Virus record (IMG/VR): IMGVR_UViG_3300035670_000158
Span: 1 to 64,000 of that record
Direction: 5' to 3' (one strand)
From: an uncultured virus (IMG/VR IMGVR_UViG_3300035670_000158)
Lineage: Duplodnaviria; Heunggongvirae; Uroviricota; Caudoviricetes
Length of the DNA: 64,000 bases
Made by a program: the position numbers and the translations under genes. Positions within the stretch are counted from its first letter, which is position 1. Each line of letters opens with the position of its first letter. This document shows positions 1 through 10,172 of the stretch, in pieces. The notes under the pieces are model-generated. The model saw nothing but the letters and a program-made list of their open reading frames with translations. It did not search any database and was not told the origin of the DNA.

Positions 1-8
1 ATGATAGT

Positions 9-851
9 ATGCAAGATGCTGGATATACCGAAACTCTTACATTACTCGGCGTTGGAGTAACAGCAACAGCAACAGCAACATTTGTAAATGGTGGTTTGCA
101 ATTTATTAAATTATTGAATGATGGTTCTGGATATTCATCCACTCCAACTGTTGCGATATCTTCTGCTCCAGCAGGTTCATTAACAGCAACTGCTGTTGCA
201 ATAACAACATCTAAAGTTGGTTTTGCAACGCAATCTTCTATAAAACAAGTTTTGATTACAAATCCAGGTTATGGATATACGATTCCACCCTCTATTGTTT
301 TTGTAAGTGGTGGTGGTGTTGGGGCAGCTGCCACGGTAGGAATTGCAACAACTGGTGGAGTTGGAATAATCACTGTAACAAACAGTGGATCTGGTTATTC
401 AACGTCACCCACAGTGACATTTAGTTCACCTGGAATTGGAGTCACAGCGATAGGAGAAGCTATTGTTTCTTCTGGAGGATCAATTACTGCAATTAGAATT
501 TCAAATGCAGGATACGGTTACACAGTGTCTCCAATAATAACGATTTCAAATCCATCTTTGATCGGATCTGGTGACTATGAATACAATGAAATTATTACTG
601 GATCTATTTCTGGTACTCAAGGCAGAGTAAAATCTTGGAATGCTTCTGATAGAACTCTAAAAGTTTCAATAGCGAATGGAACATTCACCTCAGGAGAAAC
701 AATTACTGGTTCAGAGTCTGGAGCGGTTTATACTTTACAACGATCTAACACGGATGATCTTCTCGACACATATGCCGAAAATGATGTCATTCAGTCTGAG
801 GCAGATGCTATTTTGGACTTTTCTCAGAAAAATCCATTTGGAGAGGTGTAA
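9..851 (+). CDS. Neck protein gp14-like, C-terminal part (frame is open to the window start)
   Basis: Ends DFSQKNPFGEV as in T4-like gp14; directly upstream of gp15; repeated GSGY(S/T)xxPx(V/I) modules. Confidence 0.75.
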   Translation: MQDAGYTETLTLLGVGVTATATATFVNGGLQFIKLLNDGSGYSSTPTVAISSAPAGSLTATAVAITTSKVGFATQSSIKQVLITNPGYGYTIPPSIVFVSGGGVGAAATVGIATTGGVGIITVTNSGSGYSTSPTVTFSSPGIGVTAIGEAIVSSGGSITAIRISNAGYGYTVSPIITISNPSLIGSGDYEYNEIITGSISGTQGRVKSWNASDRTLKVSIANGTFTSGETITGSESGAVYTLQRSNTDDLLDTYAENDVIQSEADAILDFSQKNPFGEV

Positions 852-887
852 AATTGTTAAATAGTTATTATTAACGCGGAAAGTGTA

Positions 888-1937
888 ATGTTTGGATACT
901 TTTACAATGAGGTTCTGAGGAGAACTGTCATAGGATTTGGAACATTATTTAATAATATAACTGTTAAGCACTTTGATGATAATGGTTCCTCAGTTAGTGT
1001 AATGAAGGTTCCTTTAGCATATGGACCAACACAAAAGTTTCTTGCGAGAGTGGAACAAAATCCAAATCTGAACAAACCAACTCAAATTACACTTCCTAGA
1101 ATGTCATTTGAGTTCACTGGATTAAACTATGATCCAACAAGAAAAGTAACACAAACTCAAACATTTCTCACAAAGAAAACTAGCGACTCTACATCTATAA
1201 AAAAGATGTATATGCCGGTTCCATATAATATGGAATTTGAATTGAATATTATGGTAAAACTTAATGACGACGCATTACAAATTGTAGAACAAATTTTACC
1301 ATATTTTCAACCTTCATATAATATAACAATCACTCTTGCAGGAGATATAAACGAAAAGAGAGATGTTCCTATTATATTGGATAGTGTAAATTTTACTGAC
1401 GATTATGAAGGTGATTATTCAACCAGAAGAGCACTAATTTATACATTATCATTTACTGCAAAAACATTTTTGTTTGGTCCTGTTCCAGATCAGACTGCTG
1501 GTATTATCAAAAGAGCTACTTTGGATTATATGTCTGGTATGGACACAAAGAATCCACGCAGAGAACTTCGTTACTCAGTAACTCCAAGAGCAACACAAAA
1601 CTACACTGGAGATGCGACTACATACTTGTCGCAGGACATTGATTCCGAAGACAACATTGTTTCTGTTGCAGATTCATCCGCTTTATCTGCGTCTACTTAC
1701 ATTACAATTAATGACGAAGAACTTTACATTGAATCTATCAATGGAAATAGTCTCATAGTCAGAAGAGGTCAAGATGGAACTATAGCATCCTCTCACGTTG
1801 GAGGATCTGGAGTAAATATTCTCAATGCTGCTGATGATGCATTGATTGAGATTGGAGATGATTTTGGTTTCAATGAAACCGTATCGTTCTTCCAAGACTT
1901 CAAGGAATATAGCCCATCTGAAGGTACTGATGTATGA
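888..1937 (+). CDS. gp15: Tail sheath stabilizer / tail terminator gp15
   Basis: FGTLFNNI, VPLAYGP, LPRMSFE, QIVEQILPYFQP motifs. Confidence 0.9.
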   Translation: MFGYFYNEVLRRTVIGFGTLFNNITVKHFDDNGSSVSVMKVPLAYGPTQKFLARVEQNPNLNKPTQITLPRMSFEFTGLNYDPTRKVTQTQTFLTKKTSDSTSIKKMYMPVPYNMEFELNIMVKLNDDALQIVEQILPYFQPSYNITITLAGDINEKRDVPIILDSVNFTDDYEGDYSTRRALIYTLSFTAKTFLFGPVPDQTAGIIKRATLDYMSGMDTKNPRRELRYSVTPRATQNYTGDATTYLSQDIDSEDNIVSVADSSALSASTYITINDEELYIESINGNSLIVRRGQDGTIASSHVGGSGVNILNAADDALIEIGDDFGFNETVSFFQDFKEYSPSEGTDV

Positions 1938-2347
1938 AGTATGATGACCTAAACAAAACTTTCGATGTTGCTGGGGAAATTGTAGAATCGGCAAAAGAGG
2001 TTGATATTAAATCAATTACGACTACAGAAAAAAGTGACGTTAGAAAAGATTACGAGTACACGAGAGGAAATCTTTATAGTATCATAGAGAAAGGTCAAGA
2101 GGCAATCAACGGCATTCTTGAACTTGCCCAAGAAAGTGATATGCCAAGAGCGTATGAAGTTGCTGGTCAACTTATAAAAAGTGTCTCTGATGCCACGGAT
2201 AAACTAATGGATCTTCAGAAAAAATTGAAGGACATTGAAGAAGATATTCAAAAGGGTCCAACAAACGTCACTAATGCATTATTTGTTGGTTCAACTGCGG
2301 ATTTGACTAAGATGCTAAAAGATATGCAAAAGTCTCAAAATAAATAG
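1934..2347 (+). CDS. gp16: Terminase small subunit gp16
   Basis: DYEYTRGNL, PRAYEVAGQL, NALFVGST motifs. Confidence 0.9.
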   Translation: MKYDDLNKTFDVAGEIVESAKEVDIKSITTTEKSDVRKDYEYTRGNLYSIIEKGQEAINGILELAQESDMPRAYEVAGQLIKSVSDATDKLMDLQKKLKDIEEDIQKGPTNVTNALFVGSTADLTKMLKDMQKSQNK

Positions 2348-2365
2348 ATAAAACTGTGACTAAAA

Positions 2366-5300
2366 ATGCCCGAGGAACATAATTATTCTGAAAATAAAGA
2401 TTTACCTTCTATTGAGGAAATACTTGGGCAACCAGAAATTCTTCCTTCTGTAGAAGAATTTATTGAGGAAGAACAAGATATTCAAACTATAGAAGATGCA
2501 GAAGGAAACACTTTTATAGAAGTTGAAGATCTAGTAAAACCAGAACCTTGGGTCGAACTGGTACGTATGATTAATGATGTTCGTGAGAGCATCCCAGAAA
2601 TACCAGAAATTAAGAATTACGATAAGGAACTTGAAGCAATATGCGATATCATCGATAATGTAAAGGAAAGTATTCCTGTAGTTCCTGAAATACGATATTA
2701 TGAAGATGAATTAGAATTAATAAAGGAATCTATTGAGAATGTAAAAAGTTCAATTCCAGAACTTCCTCAGTGGATTCAAAATGTAAATGAAGTACCCGAC
2801 TTTTCGTGGATTGGTAAAACCTTCAATGTTATTGATGAAAATTTTAGAATTATAAGAGATTCTGTAGAAACAGTATCTGAACAGGTTCAAACAGAACTCA
2901 ATAAACTCATTGAACAAAATGATGTAGAAAGTTTCGAAATAAAAACAGATTTCAAAACAATTCATGAAAGAGTTTCTACTGTAAAAAAAGAAATATTTGA
3001 TCAACTAAAAGAACAATCTCAAGTAATTTGGAATCTTCAAAAGAAACTAAAAGATAATCAAAAAGAATTTGAAATTGTAACGGAAGACAATTTAGATTCA
3101 TTCAAAAGCACAACCCTAGAAATTGTCTCAAAGTTAGAACAGAAATTTTTAGAAACAACTGAGTCTTTCGGAAATAAACTTGATAGCGAAGTAGAAGTTC
3201 TTCAGGATAAAATAAAGTCACTTCCAAAACCAAAATATTATGAAGAAGAACTAAAAGACATTAGAGAAAAACTTTCTGAAGTAAGTGATCTTAAAGTTCT
3301 GATTGAGGAAATAAAAGAAAAACAACAGGACCTTCAAGAAGGATACTTACTCAGCGAACCTCCTACTGAAAATAATTCAGATCCACTTACACCTTTAGAT
3401 CAAAAATTTGCCACGTTAGATGATCTTTCTAATCACTATAGAGTATTCATAAATCGAATTCAAACACAACTTGCTGCCATAGGTGGTGGTGGTGCTGGAT
3501 TTATCAGAGATCTTGATGATGTAGATATTACTGGATTGTCTGATGGATATGTTCTTAGATGGAACTCGTCTTCAAATAAGTGGAAAACAGTTCCTTCAAC
3601 AGGAATTGGAGTAACTCTCATTGATCAGTTATCTAATGTAGCAATAAACACATCTACATTGCAGAATGAGGATGTTCTAAATTATGATTCAAGCTCTGGT
3701 CTTTGGAGAAATAATAGACAAGCAGTTGGAGCTGCTGGCACATGGGCAGTAGGTACTGCAGGTATTCATACAACAAAAAATGTTGGAATTGCAACCACTG
3801 CTAGGCAAGATTATGCACTATATGTTCAAGGTGATACGTACATTACAGGAAATATTTCTGTAGCAGGCACAGTAACGTATGAGGATGTAACAAATGTAGA
3901 TTCCCTTGGAATTGGTACATTTAGAGATGGTTTGATTGTCAATGCAGGATCAGCTACAACTGCTTTGATTGTTAATGGCAATGCTCGCGTAACAGGAATT
4001 ATTACTATCGGTACAGCATCAGTTACTATCGATGGTAATAATAATAGTATCAATTTAGGCGATATTACCATTAGTGGGACAGGTATCAACTCTGCTCCGA
4101 ACGTCATTTATGTTGCAAAAGATGGAAATGACTCCAATAATGGAACCTCTATTGATAATGCATTTTTGACAATTGCAGCTGCCGTTGGCATTGCAACAAC
4201 TGGTACGACAATTAGAGTCAAAGCAGGAAATTATCTGGAGAGTAATCCAATTGAAATTCCTGCATTTGTTTCTATCGTAGGTGATGACTTAAAAACCGTA
4301 ACTGTAAGTCCCAATACTGCAAATCAAGATCTTTTCCATGTAAGAAAAGGTTGTTATATTGCAAACATGACTTTTACAAATCATGTTGCACCAGCAGCTG
4401 CGGTTGCTTTTCCAACCACTGGTATTGCAAATAATCAAGACGGAGGAAGTTGGGAAAGTCCATACATTCAAAACTGCACTAGTAATACAACTACTGGTAC
4501 AGGATTGAGAATTGATGGAAATCAAGCAGAATCATTGAAATCAATGGTTTGCGATAGTTATACACAGTATAATCAAGGAGGAGTTGGAGTTGCAGTAACT
4601 AATGGAGGATTTGCTCAGTTAGTTTCTGTATTCACTATCTGCTGCAATGAAGCGATTACGTGTGATACTGGTGGTCAGGTTGATCTTACAAATAGTAACT
4701 CTAGTTTTGGAACTTATGGTCTTGTTGCCAGGGGAGTTGGAGAAAGACAGTTTGTTAGTGCTTCTGTAGGAATTACAACCGCTGCAGCGCAGGATCAAAT
4801 AACTATTTCTGGTCTTGGAACAGAAAGACCCTACGATGGTCAAGTAGTTTATTTTGACAAGTTATATCAATCTATCAATACAATTACTCTTTCAAATGTT
4901 GGATCTGGATATACAGTAACTCCAAATGTAATCATTGCCGCTCCAACAGGACCAAGTGGAACTGCGGCAACAGCGTTTGCCACTTTGAATGGAGATAAAA
5001 TTGATTCGATTACTATTATTTCAAGTGGAACTCAATACGAATCCACTCCAACAATTACAATAGATCCACCACTATCAGGAACTCAAGCAACGGCAGTTGC
5101 ATCAATGTCTCCCATTTACTATACAATAAATAGTTCGACCACTCCAATATCTGGAATTTCCACTATAACTCTTGAGGAGAATTTACTAAATTCTGTAAGT
5201 GCAGGAACAACAGCATATTTTTACCAAGTAAGTAGAATCGTTGCTAGTTCTCACACTTTCGAATATGTTGGATCTGGAAATACAATTCAACAAGCGACTC

Positions 5301-5506
5301 CAAGACTTGGTGGAGTAACAGTACAAGCAAATGAAGTTGTTACTGTGGATGGTGGAAAAGTTGTATATACTAGTACGGATCAAGCAGGCAATTTTAGAAT
5401 TGGAGATGGTTTGCAAATAAATCAAAATACCGGTACAATTAGTGGTAGAGCATTTTCAAGAAGTTTATTCTCGGAGATCACACCATTCATCCTAGCTCTG
5501 AGTTAA
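2366..5506 (+). CDS. Large virion structural / fibre-like protein (acidic coiled coil, fibre repeats, beta-helix-like C-terminus)
   Basis: 1046 aa; E/K-rich N-terminus, GGGG hinge, LDDVDI-type repeats, NVIYVAKDGNDSNNG motif; TAAATA upstream. Confidence 0.6.
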   Translation: MPEEHNYSENKDLPSIEEILGQPEILPSVEEFIEEEQDIQTIEDAEGNTFIEVEDLVKPEPWVELVRMINDVRESIPEIPEIKNYDKELEAICDIIDNVKESIPVVPEIRYYEDELELIKESIENVKSSIPELPQWIQNVNEVPDFSWIGKTFNVIDENFRIIRDSVETVSEQVQTELNKLIEQNDVESFEIKTDFKTIHERVSTVKKEIFDQLKEQSQVIWNLQKKLKDNQKEFEIVTEDNLDSFKSTTLEIVSKLEQKFLETTESFGNKLDSEVEVLQDKIKSLPKPKYYEEELKDIREKLSEVSDLKVLIEEIKEKQQDLQEGYLLSEPPTENNSDPLTPLDQKFATLDDLSNHYRVFINRIQTQLAAIGGGGAGFIRDLDDVDITGLSDGYVLRWNSSSNKWKTVPSTGIGVTLIDQLSNVAINTSTLQNEDVLNYDSSSGLWRNNRQAVGAAGTWAVGTAGIHTTKNVGIATTARQDYALYVQGDTYITGNISVAGTVTYEDVTNVDSLGIGTFRDGLIVNAGSATTALIVNGNARVTGIITIGTASVTIDGNNNSINLGDITISGTGINSAPNVIYVAKDGNDSNNGTSIDNAFLTIAAAVGIATTGTTIRVKAGNYLESNPIEIPAFVSIVGDDLKTVTVSPNTANQDLFHVRKGCYIANMTFTNHVAPAAAVAFPTTGIANNQDGGSWESPYIQNCTSNTTTGTGLRIDGNQAESLKSMVCDSYTQYNQGGVGVAVTNGGFAQLVSVFTICCNEAITCDTGGQVDLTNSNSSFGTYGLVARGVGERQFVSASVGITTAAAQDQITISGLGTERPYDGQVVYFDKLYQSINTITLSNVGSGYTVTPNVIIAAPTGPSGTAATAFATLNGDKIDSITIISSGTQYESTPTITIDPPLSGTQATAVASMSPIYYTINSSTTPISGISTITLEENLLNSVSAGTTAYFYQVSRIVASSHTFEYVGSGNTIQQATPRLGGVTVQANEVVTVDGGKVVYTSTDQAGNFRIGDGLQINQNTGTISGRAFSRSLFSEITPFILALS

Positions 5507-5507
5507 A

Positions 5508-5843
5508 ATGGCACAATTAGCACTCAATAGATTTCAAACAGAAACCGTTGCACTCACCACGAGTAATCAAACGATTTATACTGCACCCACTGGTTATACT
5601 GGTATTATTCTCTATGCTCATGTAACCAACGTTGGTGTGTCTGATACAACTGTTACAGTTTCTCATGTTAGAAGTGGAACTTCTACAGAATTAATCAAAC
5701 AGGGAACAGTTCCAGTAAATGATGCTTTTATTCCTTTAGATGGGAAATTAGTTCTTGAAACTGGTGATTCAATTACAGCAAGTGCTGGTGCAAATAGCAC
5801 TCTAAAAATTCTACTCTCTGTTTTAGAGACAGCAAATGCCTAA
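5508..5843 (+). CDS. Hypothetical beta-rich structural protein
   Basis: 111-aa ORF abutting the upstream fibre-like gene; IYTAP...KLVLETGD pattern. Confidence 0.55.
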   Translation: MAQLALNRFQTETVALTTSNQTIYTAPTGYTGIILYAHVTNVGVSDTTVTVSHVRSGTSTELIKQGTVPVNDAFIPLDGKLVLETGDSITASAGANSTLKILLSVLETANA

Positions 5844-6078
5844 ACTCATCAGTCAAAAAAATCTTAGAAAACCAATCGCTGATGGATATGTACTATCAAG
5901 TAGTACAGTTGGAGTACAAAGTTGGGTGAATAATAAGTCTGTAGGAATTGATAGTGGCGGGAGCGTAGTTGGAACTGCACAAACCATTAATTTTTATAAT
6001 AGAAATAGTATAGTAATAAGTTCAGGTGTAGCATCGGTAACTTCATTATCGGACCCACTTACAATCATTGGACTATAA
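5836..6078 (+). CDS. Hypothetical protein
   Basis: 80-aa ORF overlapping the previous stop; S/G/V-rich. Confidence 0.5.
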   Translation: MPKLISQKNLRKPIADGYVLSSSTVGVQSWVNNKSVGIDSGGSVVGTAQTINFYNRNSIVISSGVASVTSLSDPLTIIGL

Positions 6079-6103
6079 ATAAAAAGAGGTCTCTTTTTAT
6101 TTG

Positions 6104-8398
6104 ATGAAGAACGGTAAGTGTCCTGCTGGAAAATACTATTGCTACACAGATGAAGTGTGCAAAGATATCCCCAAAGGATTCATGGTAGATCCAGAGGGAA
6201 TGCTTCGCAAAGAAAATGGTGCTTCAGTTTCTGAAGATATGTCTGGAGTTAAATATTCAAAATTTACTCATAAAACTCCACACCTAAAAGGTAAGCAGCA
6301 TCAGCTAGATCCTAATTTAGATCTAAAGCAATTAGTACATCACGCAACAGTACAGTATGTTGATCGTGATGCCGATGGAGATGTTGATATCTATGATAAA
6401 CCATCAAAGAAAACACCTGACGAAAATCCAGCAGATATTAATGTTGCGACTGCTTCCAAGAAATTGTTAGCAAAACAAAAAGGTGAACTGAAGCATACTA
6501 AAAGAGGTATGGCTTACGAAGAAAATAAATCTGGCGATAGCTCTTTACATGATTGGTTTTCTAAAAGCAAATCTTCAGATGGAAAACCTGGATGGGTTCA
6601 ACTGGGTGGTAAGTACGCTGGAAAACCCTGTGCAAAACAACCAGGTCAAACAACCAAACCAAAATGCGGTTCTAGTAAAATGAAACGTGCTTTAGATAAG
6701 GGAGAAGAAGAAGCAGCGTTTCGTCGCAAAAATCGTCAAGATCCAAATCCAAATAGAAGTGGAAAGGCAATCAACGTGAAGACAGAAGCAAAAGACCACG
6801 AGTACTCAATGGCTAGATCAGAAATTTCAACAATAATGAATGCCGCAAAAAGATTGCAGAAAAAAATGGCAAAGGGTGAAGGAGAAGTTGAGGCGTGGGT
6901 TCAATCCAAAATTACAAAAGCAGCTGATTATCTAGATTCTGCTGCTGATTATGTAGATAGTGGAGAGATGAATAAAGAAGAATTTGTTCAAGAAGGTGGA
7001 CTTGCAAGAGCAATGAGCAAGTCCAAGACTCAAACTACAGGTCATATTTCTGCAGATCGTGGATCTGATGAAAAAACAAATCGCACTAAAAGAAAAGGTT
7101 TGGAAAAGGACCTTAAGAAGCATGGTATTGGATATAAAAAGGGTGTAGGTGAATATAAGTATGGTAGTGGAGAAACAGGAAGAGAAGTTTCATATCACAC
7201 CAGTCCTGGAAAAGGAATGTCAAAAAGACGTTTTGGAAAAGTAATGCGTCGTCTTGGCAGAAAGCATGATCAAGAATCTGTAATTACAAAGGATAAAGAT
7301 AAACCAGCAAAGTTACATTATACTGAAAAAGGAAGCAAAGCAAAGTCAGACACAATTGGTAAGACAAAAACTGGTAAGCATCCAGAAGGATATGGTGAGA
7401 CTTCTTCAACAAAAGTAAGAAGTGGTAAACTCCCATCAAAAACTAAAAACAGAAGTTTTCACTATGAAGAAAAGGATGCATGTTATCATAAGGTCAAGTC
7501 ACGTTACAAGGTTTGGCCTTCTGCATATGCCTCTGGTGCCCTTGTAAAGTGCCGCAAAGTTGGCGCTGACAGTTGGGGCAATAAAACCAAAAAGGAAGGG
7601 TTTACGCCCTCACAAATTGCCGCTCTGGAATCAATTGGTGCTATTGAAATCAATGAGGCAGGCAAGAAGTGTTGGAAAGGTTATAAAAAAGTAGGCACGC
7701 AGAAACTCTTCGGTAAGACCTACAACCGTTGCGAAAAGGAGGGTTATTCCCATGAAGATAGCAGTGGACAAACAGATTTTTCATATGTCTCTGAGGCTGT
7801 TACTCTTCCCCGCGAGAATGGTCAGGTAATGAATGTAATGCTTGTCTTTAGAGGCAAGTTTTATATGATGCAACTATTCTTCCCAACACTTCACGTTCCA
7901 ACAAAACAGGAGGTCACGGCAGCGGTTCAGAAAATATATCCAGATGCCCGCGTCTCTCAGTATCATAAATCAACAATTGATCCAACACAACCTCTATTGA
8001 GAGTTGCAGAACAAACGGAGCAAAATGATTCTGAAGAAAAGCAAGCACAACAAATTGCAAGACGCCAACTAATGCTGAACCGCCAAAAAATTCAATTGCA
8101 AGCAAAAGCAGTTCAAAAGAAAAAAGGAACTGATATGATGATGCAAACAGAAGTTGCGGCGTGGCAACGCAAAGAAGGAAAAAATCAAAGTGGTGGACTA
8201 AATGAAAAAGGTCGCAAGTCATATGAGCGTGAAAACCCCGGTTCAGATCTAAAAGCACCTTCAAAGAAAGTTGGTAACAAACGTCGTGCTTCATTCTGTG
8301 CCAGAATGAGTGGAATGAAAAAGAAACTAACTTCTGCTAAAACTGCTAACGATCCAAATAGCAGAATCAACAAATCACTCAGAGCTTGGAATTGCTGA
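6104..8398 (+). CDS. Lys-rich multi-module protein, probable head-internal polyprotein
   Basis: Short basic modules separated by xxE junctions (e.g. KDACYHKVKSRYKVWPSAYASG, AAWQRKEGKN...RRASFCARM); TATAAATA at 6074; ATG at 6104. Confidence 0.6.
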   Translation: MKNGKCPAGKYYCYTDEVCKDIPKGFMVDPEGMLRKENGASVSEDMSGVKYSKFTHKTPHLKGKQHQLDPNLDLKQLVHHATVQYVDRDADGDVDIYDKPSKKTPDENPADINVATASKKLLAKQKGELKHTKRGMAYEENKSGDSSLHDWFSKSKSSDGKPGWVQLGGKYAGKPCAKQPGQTTKPKCGSSKMKRALDKGEEEAAFRRKNRQDPNPNRSGKAINVKTEAKDHEYSMARSEISTIMNAAKRLQKKMAKGEGEVEAWVQSKITKAADYLDSAADYVDSGEMNKEEFVQEGGLARAMSKSKTQTTGHISADRGSDEKTNRTKRKGLEKDLKKHGIGYKKGVGEYKYGSGETGREVSYHTSPGKGMSKRRFGKVMRRLGRKHDQESVITKDKDKPAKLHYTEKGSKAKSDTIGKTKTGKHPEGYGETSSTKVRSGKLPSKTKNRSFHYEEKDACYHKVKSRYKVWPSAYASGALVKCRKVGADSWGNKTKKEGFTPSQIAALESIGAIEINEAGKKCWKGYKKVGTQKLFGKTYNRCEKEGYSHEDSSGQTDFSYVSEAVTLPRENGQVMNVMLVFRGKFYMMQLFFPTLHVPTKQEVTAAVQKIYPDARVSQYHKSTIDPTQPLLRVAEQTEQNDSEEKQAQQIARRQLMLNRQKIQLQAKAVQKKKGTDMMMQTEVAAWQRKEGKNQSGGLNEKGRKSYERENPGSDLKAPSKKVGNKRRASFCARMSGMKKKLTSAKTANDPNSRINKSLRAWNC

Positions 8399-8399
8399 C

Positions 8400-8714
8400 A
8401 TGAAAAGTTTTCAACAGTTTCTCTCAGAAAGCGTAAATATCGCTGGAGACTTCAACGGAACAATGATTATAGGTGGATCAACTTCACAAGAAGAAATGGG
8501 TGAAAGTTTTGTTGCTGATGTTCTATGGAAAGGAAATTTACTCCGAATGGAAATGACCACGAAAAATGGTCTTCCCTCATCAAGAGAACTGACAGAACAA
8601 TTGCAAAATGAATACCCAGGTGCCGTAGTTCAACAAATTTATCCTCAAACAGAAAACAGTACCAATATCAAAAATGTAAAACGTTACCACCCAGCAAAAT
8701 TAGACTGGATTTAA
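8400..8714 (+). CDS. Hypothetical protein with a capsid-targeting-like N-terminus
   Basis: Starts MKSFQQFLSE. Confidence 0.6.
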   Translation: MKSFQQFLSESVNIAGDFNGTMIIGGSTSQEEMGESFVADVLWKGNLLRMEMTTKNGLPSSRELTEQLQNEYPGAVVQQIYPQTENSTNIKNVKRYHPAKLDWI

Positions 8715-8717
8715 ACT

Positions 8718-9458
8718 ATGGCTTTTCGTAACTATATTTGGGATGAACAATTTGATTTGAATGTTGCTCGTGGGAAAGTTCGTGGAGCATCAACACTTCA
8801 TAAGTTTGGTGCAACTCCAGGACAATCAACAAATACAACTGCAACAGTGTGGGATAAAGCAGATACTCTATATCCTTGGAGTGCTTTTAATACTCCAGGA
8901 GTTCTTGTAGCAGCACAAGTTGGTGCAGACGATAATGATAAAGTTATAACTATTGTTGGACTAGATTCCAATTGGGATCAAATTGAAGAGGATTTTACAC
9001 TATCAAGTTCTGGAACTGTTACAGGAACTAAAATTTTTAAAAGAGTATTTCGTGGATATGTAAAAACCGGAACTACAAATGTAGGACAATTAAATTTTTC
9101 TAGAGGTGGTACAGAAGTTCTTAGAATTACCGCAGGACTTGGACAAACTTTGATGGCAATATACACGGTTCCTAATGGATATACGGGATACTTGTATCAA
9201 GGAGTCTGTTCTGCTCAGTCAGGTGCTGATGCAACTGGATTTATGATGGTAAGATATAATACAATTGGACAGTCATTTAGAGTAGGGCATACATTTGAAG
9301 TTAGTGGTTCTGGTGGAGAGTATGTTTATAAGTTTTCCTTCCCTCAGGAACTTCCACAACACTCCGATATTGATGTAAGACTGACTACTAGAAGTAATAA
9401 TGGTAGATACACTGCTGCTTTTGATATACTTTTAATTCAAAACGATAGTGGCGGTTGA
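8718..9458 (+). CDS. Hypothetical (probably structural) protein
   Basis: 246-aa beta-rich ORF in the late operon. Confidence 0.6.
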   Translation: MAFRNYIWDEQFDLNVARGKVRGASTLHKFGATPGQSTNTTATVWDKADTLYPWSAFNTPGVLVAAQVGADDNDKVITIVGLDSNWDQIEEDFTLSSSGTVTGTKIFKRVFRGYVKTGTTNVGQLNFSRGGTEVLRITAGLGQTLMAIYTVPNGYTGYLYQGVCSAQSGADATGFMMVRYNTIGQSFRVGHTFEVSGSGGEYVYKFSFPQELPQHSDIDVRLTTRSNNGRYTAAFDILLIQNDSGG

Positions 9459-9522
9459 TACAAAAAATTGTTAAGAAAAAGTGTATCATATAGATACTAT
9501 TATTCAATAGCTCTGTGCCTTC

Positions 9523-9729
9523 ATGGACCCATCTATCCTTAGTCTTTATTTGACTATTACTATTATTGCTTGCATGATCATCTATGCAGGATTTGAAGGA
9601 ACCATGCGCGTTTTTGTGTATCTTGACCTGCAGTTGCGCTATGCATATGTCAAGATTAGAATGTGGATGATGAAGAAGCAGTTGGAAAGACAACTTATTC
9701 ACCCATCCAAATTCAAGGATTTCAAATGA
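9523..9729 (+). CDS. Small membrane protein
   Basis: Hydrophobic N-terminal helix. Confidence 0.55.
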   Translation: MDPSILSLYLTITIIACMIIYAGFEGTMRVFVYLDLQLRYAYVKIRMWMMKKQLERQLIHPSKFKDFK

Positions 9730-9938
9730 ACACTAAAACCTGCCCTAAATGTGGTGCTACGTGGATAAACGGACAGCATTTTTGGACTGGCACAAATAAA
9801 CCAGGAAATGAAGATGACCTCGCTGGACTTGTCTGCAATAATTTTGGAGATGATACTTGTATAAATCCTAAAAGAGGTTCTGAAAAAGGAACCACTTGGG
9901 AAAAAAGATTAACAGAGTTAGAAAACGATCATCCATGA
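9726..9938 (+). CDS. Small Cys-containing hypothetical protein
   Basis: ATG at 9726; CPKC...LAGLVCN...CINP. Confidence 0.6.
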   Translation: MNTKTCPKCGATWINGQHFWTGTNKPGNEDDLAGLVCNNFGDDTCINPKRGSEKGTTWEKRLTELENDHP

Positions 9939-10057
9939 GTATTGAGATCAAAGAAGAAGACTTGATTCAATTACAACAAAGAGTTATTCAACAAAAAATG
10001 CAAGAACTCTTTGAGGAACCTTCAACCTATGAGGATGAGGATGAAGAAAATGAATGA
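9935..10057 (+). CDS. 40-aa acidic hypothetical protein (not in ORF track)
   Basis: ATGA overlap with the previous stop; MSIEIKEEDLIQLQQRVIQQKMQELFEEPSTYEDEDEENE. Confidence 0.5.
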   Translation: MSIEIKEEDLIQLQQRVIQQKMQELFEEPSTYEDEDEENE

Positions 10058-10172
10058 TGTAGTTTGGTCTGTAAATATTGGCGTTGGGTTAGTTTTGATT
10101 GGTACTATTATTTGTGTTGGATATATATTGAAAGAAGCATATGATGAACAACATGGAAAAGATGACTGCTGA
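10050..10172 (+). CDS. 40-aa single-TM hypothetical protein (not in ORF track)
   Basis: MNDVVWSVNIGVGLVLIGTIICVGYILKEAY... Confidence 0.45.
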   Translation: MNDVVWSVNIGVGLVLIGTIICVGYILKEAYDEQHGKDDC

